From Azolla caroliniana (lineage: Eukaryota; Plantae; Polypodiophyta): 64,000 nucleotides of DNA. Positions 58,892-64,000 of the stretch are shown here, in pieces. The notes beneath the pieces are model-generated. The model had not been told where the DNA came from. It ran no database searches and worked only from the letters and a program-made list of their open reading frames with translations. The stretch covers positions 8,618,001-8,682,000 of the forward strand of contig JBHGNT010000004.1 of assembly GCA_043228905.1 (NCBI GenBank), written 5' to 3'. How positions within the stretch are numbered: position 1 is the first letter of the stretch; every line of letters begins with the position of its first letter. The position numbers and the translations under genes are program-made.

Positions 58892-59325
58892 CTAAAAATC
58901 CGAGGATTCGCCTCCGAGACTATCTCGATTCCTTTCCTGATTGGCTCGCACTGTTAGGAATTGGACCGATCTTTGGTTGTCAAGACTCTTTATTCGTGCG
59001 AAGGCTGCTCCATTATCGAACACTTTGGTCTCCATCCGAGATGATGTGATATAAGGTTGCCCTAGGATGACAGGATGCGACGCCGATTCTTGTACGAAGA
59101 AGTGTTGATCCATCTCCACATCCCCGATCGTGACTTTGACATTGGGACAAGCTCCGTACAAGTCCTCCGTAGACTTTGTTGCCGCGTGAATCTTCCATCC
59201 GTGGTTTGTATTGATTGGCCATCTTCCCTTTTTGTAGAAGTCGGCTGACATGAGGTTGATCTCCGAGCCGTGGCCGATCAAGGCTACGACGGTCTCTTTC
59301 TTCTCCCCGATCTTCACCGGCGTCT
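58892..59325 (-). pseudogene. Aspartic protease region ending the upstream ORF at GGATTTTTAG
   Basis: VALIGHGSEINLM (catalytic D apparently replaced by G) and VILGQPY. Confidence 0.7.
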
Positions 59326-62300
59326 TGTTGGGATTACGGTCCCTTCGCATGGGATGGTCGGATATCGGAGATGAATGCCGACAAGCCCGGTTTCGGTTTC
59401 GGATCCGGATGACGAAGACCCCGGTTTCGGTACCGGATGACGAAGACCCCGGTTTCGGTACCGGATGATGAATGTACCCGGAGAGCGATCCGGATGCAGG
59501 GACATATCCGTGAATATGTTCGCTATGGGCCCCTGAGGCTACAGTTGTAAATAGCCCAAAGTCATATAAGTATAAATATGACTTAGGGCAAATAGTTTAG
59601 TTGTTGCTTCTCATTTTTCTGTTTTTCCACTTAAGAGGAGTGAAGTGTAAGCAGCCGTGAGAGAGAGAGAGATAGAGCGCGAGAGAGGAAGAGGTAGACG
59701 CCTTTGTGTATTTCCGCCGCCTGTGGCGAGGACAGCGAGCTCAAGGTCGTCGCCTTGCAGCTCGCCATTGTATACTTCTCTGTATAGTGTTGGTTTGGAG
59801 TCTTGTACTCCCGTGGTTTTTCCCGTATAGGGTTTTCCACGTTAATCCCTGTGTACTCGCGTTTTGTTTCTCTTTGTGGTTCCTATTTTCTGCTCCATCG
59901 ATTCGCGCTTACTCGGTTGTGGCCGAGCGGTGAAGGTGAATAGAAGCGTCTATTCCTTACAAACTGGTATCAGAGCGACTGTTGCAGAAAATGGAAGGCG
60001 GCGGCAGCGGGCAGCCGGGGATGATGGTGCTGAATGCACAGAATTACGCCGACTGGAAGATCAAGATGGAGGATCTTCTGATTGTTCGGGACCTGTACGA
60101 ACCGATTGACAGGTCGGAAATACCGAAGGGGGTACTTGAGTCGGAGTGGAAGCTCCTGAACCGGAAAGCCGTAGCGACGATCCGACAATATGTCGATGTA
60201 AGCGTCCTACAACATGTGGCGAACGACACCAACGCATATGAGATGTGGAAGAAGCTGTCGGGCCTCTACGAGAGGAAGAATGCGTTGAACCGGACCTCCC
60301 TGATGAGGAAGATAGTGAACCTCAAGTACCGGGACGGCGAGAGTATGGTTGAACACGTAAGCACGTTCATGGGATTCGTGAACCAGCTTGCGGCGATTAA
60401 GTTCCCGTTGGAGGATGCAATGCAAGCCATCATCCTGATGTGTACATTGCCAGAAAGCTGGGAGAACTTGGTGGTGACTCTCAGCACCTCCTGCACCGAA
60501 GATAACTTGTCCTTACAGACGGTAAAGACAAGTATTTTGAATGAAGAAGCGCGTCGGAGAGATAAGGAACCGGCCTCCGACCCGAAGATGTTGTTTACCG
60601 AATCGGATCGGGGAAGACAATGGAACCGGAGTCCGCAAAGACGGGAGAAGTCGGGGACCCGGTCGCAGTCAAGAGGAAGGCTCACATGCTTCCACTGTGG
60701 GAAGCCGGGGCACTTCCGAAAGAATTGTCGGTATTACCGAAAAGACAATGGAACCGACAACACCGATTCGAAGAAGTCACCGGAGAGAAACGGTGCATAC
60801 CGGGGAGCCACGGACCGGAATGGTTCGGATCGGCGAGGACAGGACCGGAAAGGAACGACGGCACTCGCGGCAAGTGAAGAGGAGATCATGCTCATCACCG
60901 AAGAAGGTGAACTAAACATTGCCGGCGATGAGACGACCTGGGTGGTCGATTCCGGAGCATCGTTCCACCTGACCCCGGAGAGAAGATACTTCTCATCCTA
61001 CACAGCCGGCGAGCATGGCTGTGTTCGGATGGGAAACGAAGGTACGTGCCGGATTGCCGGCATAGGAGACGTGTGGTTGACAACCCCGACCGGATGCAAA
61101 ATGCTGCTGAAGAATGTCCGACACGTTCCGGAGGTCCGACTGAACCTGATTTCGGCCGGGAGGCTAGATGATGAAGGCTACACGGGTAGCATCCGGAACG
61201 GTGTCATGAAGTTCAGCAAGGGGAGCTTGATAGTGGCTCGGGCCCGGAAGGTCAACACACTGTACCTGATGAATGCCCGGTTATGTCCGGAAGAGCTGAA
61301 TGTGGCAGCCGACACTGCCGGTGAGCTGTGGCACAAAAGACTGTGCCACATGAGTGAGAAGGGGATGAAGAGGCTTGCAGAAGACAACCTTATTCCGGTG
61401 AAGCATGTGCACCTGGAGAAGTGCACCGACTGCCTGGCCGGTAAGCAGAACCGAACCTCCTTCCACTCAAGGCCACCGACGAGACGTAGCGCACCATTGG
61501 AGTTGGTGCACACCGACGTGTGTCAGGTAGAAACGAAGTCACATGGCGGAGCCCAGTACTTCGTAACTTTCATAGATGATCACAGCCGAAGACTGTGGAC
61601 GGCACCGTTGAAGACAAAGGACCAAGTGCTGTGCGTCTTCAAAGAACTCCACGCGAGAGTGGAAAGGGAATCCGGCAAGAAGCTGAAAGCGATACGAGCG
61701 GATAACGGAGGGGAATACCGGGGGCAGTTCCAGGAGTACTGTCGCTCGAAGGGAATCCGGCTCGAGTTTACTGTGCCGAAGACGCCGGAACTGAACGGGC
61801 TGGCCGAGAGGATGAACCGGACCATAATGGAGAGGGTTCGGAGTATGCTGGCGCATGCGAAATTACCCAAGGGGTTTTGGGCTGAGGCAATGTTGACGGC
61901 GACATATGTAATAAACCGATCACCCTCAGTACCTTTGGACGGAGACACGCCGCAGAGAGTGTGGACCGGTAGGGAAGTATCCTACCGGCATCTGAAGGTG
62001 TTCGGGTGTCTCGCATACGTGCACGTGGCGAAGGACCGGAGAGGAAAGCTAGATCCGAAGACCCGGCCATGCATATTCCTCGGTTACGGCGACGACGAGT
62101 TCGGCTACCGAGTATGGGACCCGGTCGACAAGAAGATATTCAGGAGTCGAGATATCGTCTTTATGGAGGACAAGACACTCGCCGACTGGGAGTCGGAGAA
62201 GAAGATGAAGAGCTCCAAGTCGACCGGTGAGGATAAACTCCACGAGGAGCAGTCCCGACCGGCAAGGGACCGGTTAGCACTCGAGGACCCGGCCGAAGAC

Positions 62301-64000
62301 GGTGAAGAAACAGAACCGGCCGAAGAAGATGAAAATGATGCCGGAACCGGCCCCGATCCCGAAATGGATTCGGATGAAGAAGAAGAATCGGAAGAACCGG
62401 TTACCGAAGCTCCGAAACGGAGATACCCTCAAAGAGAGAGAAGGGCCCCCCGGAGATTTCCGGAACCAGAGCACGTGTTGCTAACCGACGAGGGGGAGCC
62501 GGAGAGCTTTGAGGAAGCAAAACATGACACCCAGAGCCGCAGGTGGTTGAGTGCCATGCAGGACGAGATGGATTCCCTGCATGAGAACCACACATATGAA
62601 CTTGTGGAGTTGCCGAAAGGAAAGCGGGCACTTCGAAACAAGTGGGTGTTCAAGCTGAAACCGGGAGATGCCGGAAACCCCCCGAGATACAAAGCCAGGA
62701 TCGTGGTGAAGGGGTTTCAGCAGAAGAAGGGCGTCGACTTCGACGAGATATTTGCCCCGGTAGTGAAGATGACCTCCATCCGGACGGTGCTGAGCATAGC
62801 GGCAAGCATGGACCTCGAGGTAGAACAGATGGACCTGAAGACGGCATTCCTTCACGGCGACCTCGATGAAGAGATCTACATGCAGCAACCGGAAGGATTC
62901 GAGAAGAAAGGGAAGGAGCACCTGGTATGCCGGTTGAAGAAGAGCCTTTACGGACTGAAGCAGGCTCCCCGGCAATGGTACCGGAAGTTCGACTCCTTCA
63001 TGACCGACGAAGGGTACCTCAAAACGCAGTCCGATCACTGCGTGTTTGTGAAGAAGTTCGAAGGAGGAGACTTTCTAATACTCCTCCTGTACGTGGACGA
63101 CATGTTGATCGTCGGACGGGACCAGGTCAAGATCCGGATGCTGAAGAAGGCTCTTCACCGAACCTTCTCAATGAAGGACCTGGGTCCGGCGAGACAAATA
63201 CTAGGGATGCACATCATCCGGGACCGGAGCAAGAAGCAGTTGTGGCTTTCACAGGAGAAGTACGTGACGAAGGTGCTTCACCGGTTCAACATGTCGGAAG
63301 CAAGACCGGTCGGATCGACCCTCCCGACAAACTGCAAGCTGTCCAGCAAGCAAAGCCCCAAGACAAAGGCTGAAAAGGAGGATATGATGAAAGTGCCGTA
63401 TGCCTCAGCCGTCGGGAGCTTGATGTACGCCATGGTGTGTACGAGACCGGACATCGGACATGCAGTCGGAGTGGTGAGCCGGTACATGAGCAATCCCGGC
63501 AAAGAGCATTGGAACGCGGCCAAGTGGATACTCCGATACCTGAAGGGCACGGCAAACGTGTGCCTCCGATTCGGCTCCGGTAAGCCCGAACTCGACGGCT
63601 TCACCGATTCGGATATGTCAGCTGATGCAGATACCAGCCGGTCCACATCAGGGTATGTGATGACGTATGCAGGGGGAGCTGTTTCATGGCAGTCGAGGCT
63701 GCAGAAGACGGTTGCGCTGTCAACCACGGAGGCGGAGTACATGGCGGCTGTTGAAGCCGGCAAGGAAATAATATGGATAAAGGACTTCATTAGAGAGCTC
63801 GGTATCCGACAGGAGGAGTACCGACTCTACTGCGACAGTCAGAGTGCAATCCACCTTGCGAAGAACGCGGCCTATCACTCCCGGACGAAGCACATCCAGC
63901 GAAGATATCACTGGATCCGGGAAAGGATAGAAGACAAGGAGTTCGTGCTGACGAAGATCCACACGGACGAGAACGGGTCGGATATGCTGACCAAGGTCCT
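59326..64000 (+). mobile_element. Ty1/copia element: 5' LTR 59326-59961, PBS 59965-59976, ORF running off the right edge
   Basis: TGTTGGG...CCTTACA; TGGTATCAGAGC; expected TSD CGTCT (59321-59325), whose right copy would lie outside the window. Confidence 0.95.
59991..64000 (+). CDS. Apparently uninterrupted copia Gag-Pol (>1336 aa, partial), absent from the ORF track because no stop is reached
   Basis: MEGGGSGQPGMMVLNAQNYADW; CFHCGKPGHFRKNC; WVVDSGAS; VHTDVC; RADNGGEY; LYVDDM; FTDSD; the final DMLTKV is in the same frame as the ATG. Confidence 0.92.
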   Translation, partial: MEGGGSGQPGMMVLNAQNYADWKIKMEDLLIVRDLYEPIDRSEIPKGVLESEWKLLNRKAVATIRQYVDVSVLQHVANDTNAYEMWKKLSGLYERKNALNRTSLMRKIVNLKYRDGESMVEHVSTFMGFVNQLAAIKFPLEDAMQAIILMCTLPESWENLVVTLSTSCTEDNLSLQTVKTSILNEEARRRDKEPASDPKMLFTESDRGRQWNRSPQRREKSGTRSQSRGRLTCFHCGKPGHFRKNCRYYRKDNGTDNTDSKKSPERNGAYRGATDRNGSDRRGQDRKGTTALAASEEEIMLITEEGELNIAGDETTWVVDSGASFHLTPERRYFSSYTAGEHGCVRMGNEGTCRIAGIGDVWLTTPTGCKMLLKNVRHVPEVRLNLISAGRLDDEGYTGSIRNGVMKFSKGSLIVARARKVNTLYLMNARLCPEELNVAADTAGELWHKRLCHMSEKGMKRLAEDNLIPVKHVHLEKCTDCLAGKQNRTSFHSRPPTRRSAPLELVHTDVCQVETKSHGGAQYFVTFIDDHSRRLWTAPLKTKDQVLCVFKELHARVERESGKKLKAIRADNGGEYRGQFQEYCRSKGIRLEFTVPKTPELNGLAERMNRTIMERVRSMLAHAKLPKGFWAEAMLTATYVINRSPSVPLDGDTPQRVWTGREVSYRHLKVFGCLAYVHVAKDRRGKLDPKTRPCIFLGYGDDEFGYRVWDPVDKKIFRSRDIVFMEDKTLADWESEKKMKSSKSTGEDKLHEEQSRPARDRLALEDPAEDGEETEPAEEDENDAGTGPDPEMDSDEEEESEEPVTEAPKRRYPQRERRAPRRFPEPEHVLLTDEGEPESFEEAKHDTQSRRWLSAMQDEMDSLHENHTYELVELPKGKRALRNKWVFKLKPGDAGNPPRYKARIVVKGFQQKKGVDFDEIFAPVVKMTSIRTVLSIAASMDLEVEQMDLKTAFLHGDLDEEIYMQQPEGFEKKGKEHLVCRLKKSLYGLKQAPRQWYRKFDSFMTDEGYLKTQSDHCVFVKKFEGGDFLILLLYVDDMLIVGRDQVKIRMLKKALHRTFSMKDLGPARQILGMHIIRDRSKKQLWLSQEKYVTKVLHRFNMSEARPVGSTLPTNCKLSSKQSPKTKAEKEDMMKVPYASAVGSLMYAMVCTRPDIGHAVGVVSRYMSNPGKEHWNAAKWILRYLKGTANVCLRFGSGKPELDGFTDSDMSADADTSRSTSGYVMTYAGGAVSWQSRLQKTVALSTTEAEYMAAVEAGKEIIWIKDFIRELGIRQEEYRLYCDSQSAIHLAKNAAYHSRTKHIQRRYHWIRERIEDKEFVLTKIHTDENGSDMLTKV

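Larger units (their letters stand above)
54042..59325 (-). mobile_element. 3' portion (PR, RT-RH, INT, 3' LTR 54042-55077) of a fungal-type Ty3/gypsy element; interrupted at 59326 by a copia insertion
   Basis: RT LRFIQDLQPVN, DLYSGYDQF, LPQGATNSVA, PFLDDIPIKG; RH TVDTSPTGIG; INT AREDLTNQVEGRAL, TAYNPE, RWFGPY; stop at 57048 and a frameshift near 55815. Confidence 0.92.

Noticed and set aside
60044-63962. Many 60-185-aa minus-strand and alternate-frame ORFs over copia pol (similar sets over other pol regions)
   Set aside because: Shadows of GC-rich coding sequence with no recognisable motifs.

Overview
Eukaryotic, repeat-dense window, almost entirely nested transposable elements. The element lineages suggest a non-seed land plant such as a fern or lycophyte (inference). 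It holds about nine Ty1/copia elements or remnants. One is intact and very young (43932-49324, 1342-aa ORF, LTRs differing at 1 of 286 bp) and one has an ORF open from 59991 to the window end. There are three Ty3/gypsy lineages: an Athila/Tat-type element with a large extra 3' ORF, a Tcn1-like chromovirus remnant, and a fungal-type element with a probable -1 frameshift between protease and RT. Also present are a non-autonomous LTR element with one 585-aa gag/deleted-RT ORF, a LINE remnant, solo LTRs and an R2R3-MYB (MYB44/73-like) pseudogene. No intact host gene was found. The two most notable observations are (1) a recently inserted 8.35-kb Sola-like TIR DNA transposon carrying a spliced transposase and a convergent spliced coiled-coil + RING-H2 gene, and (2) a tRNA-derived Pol III A-box/B-box cassette lying antisense inside the LTRs of two diverged but related gypsy families. 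All family assignments come from motifs read by eye; no database searches were run.
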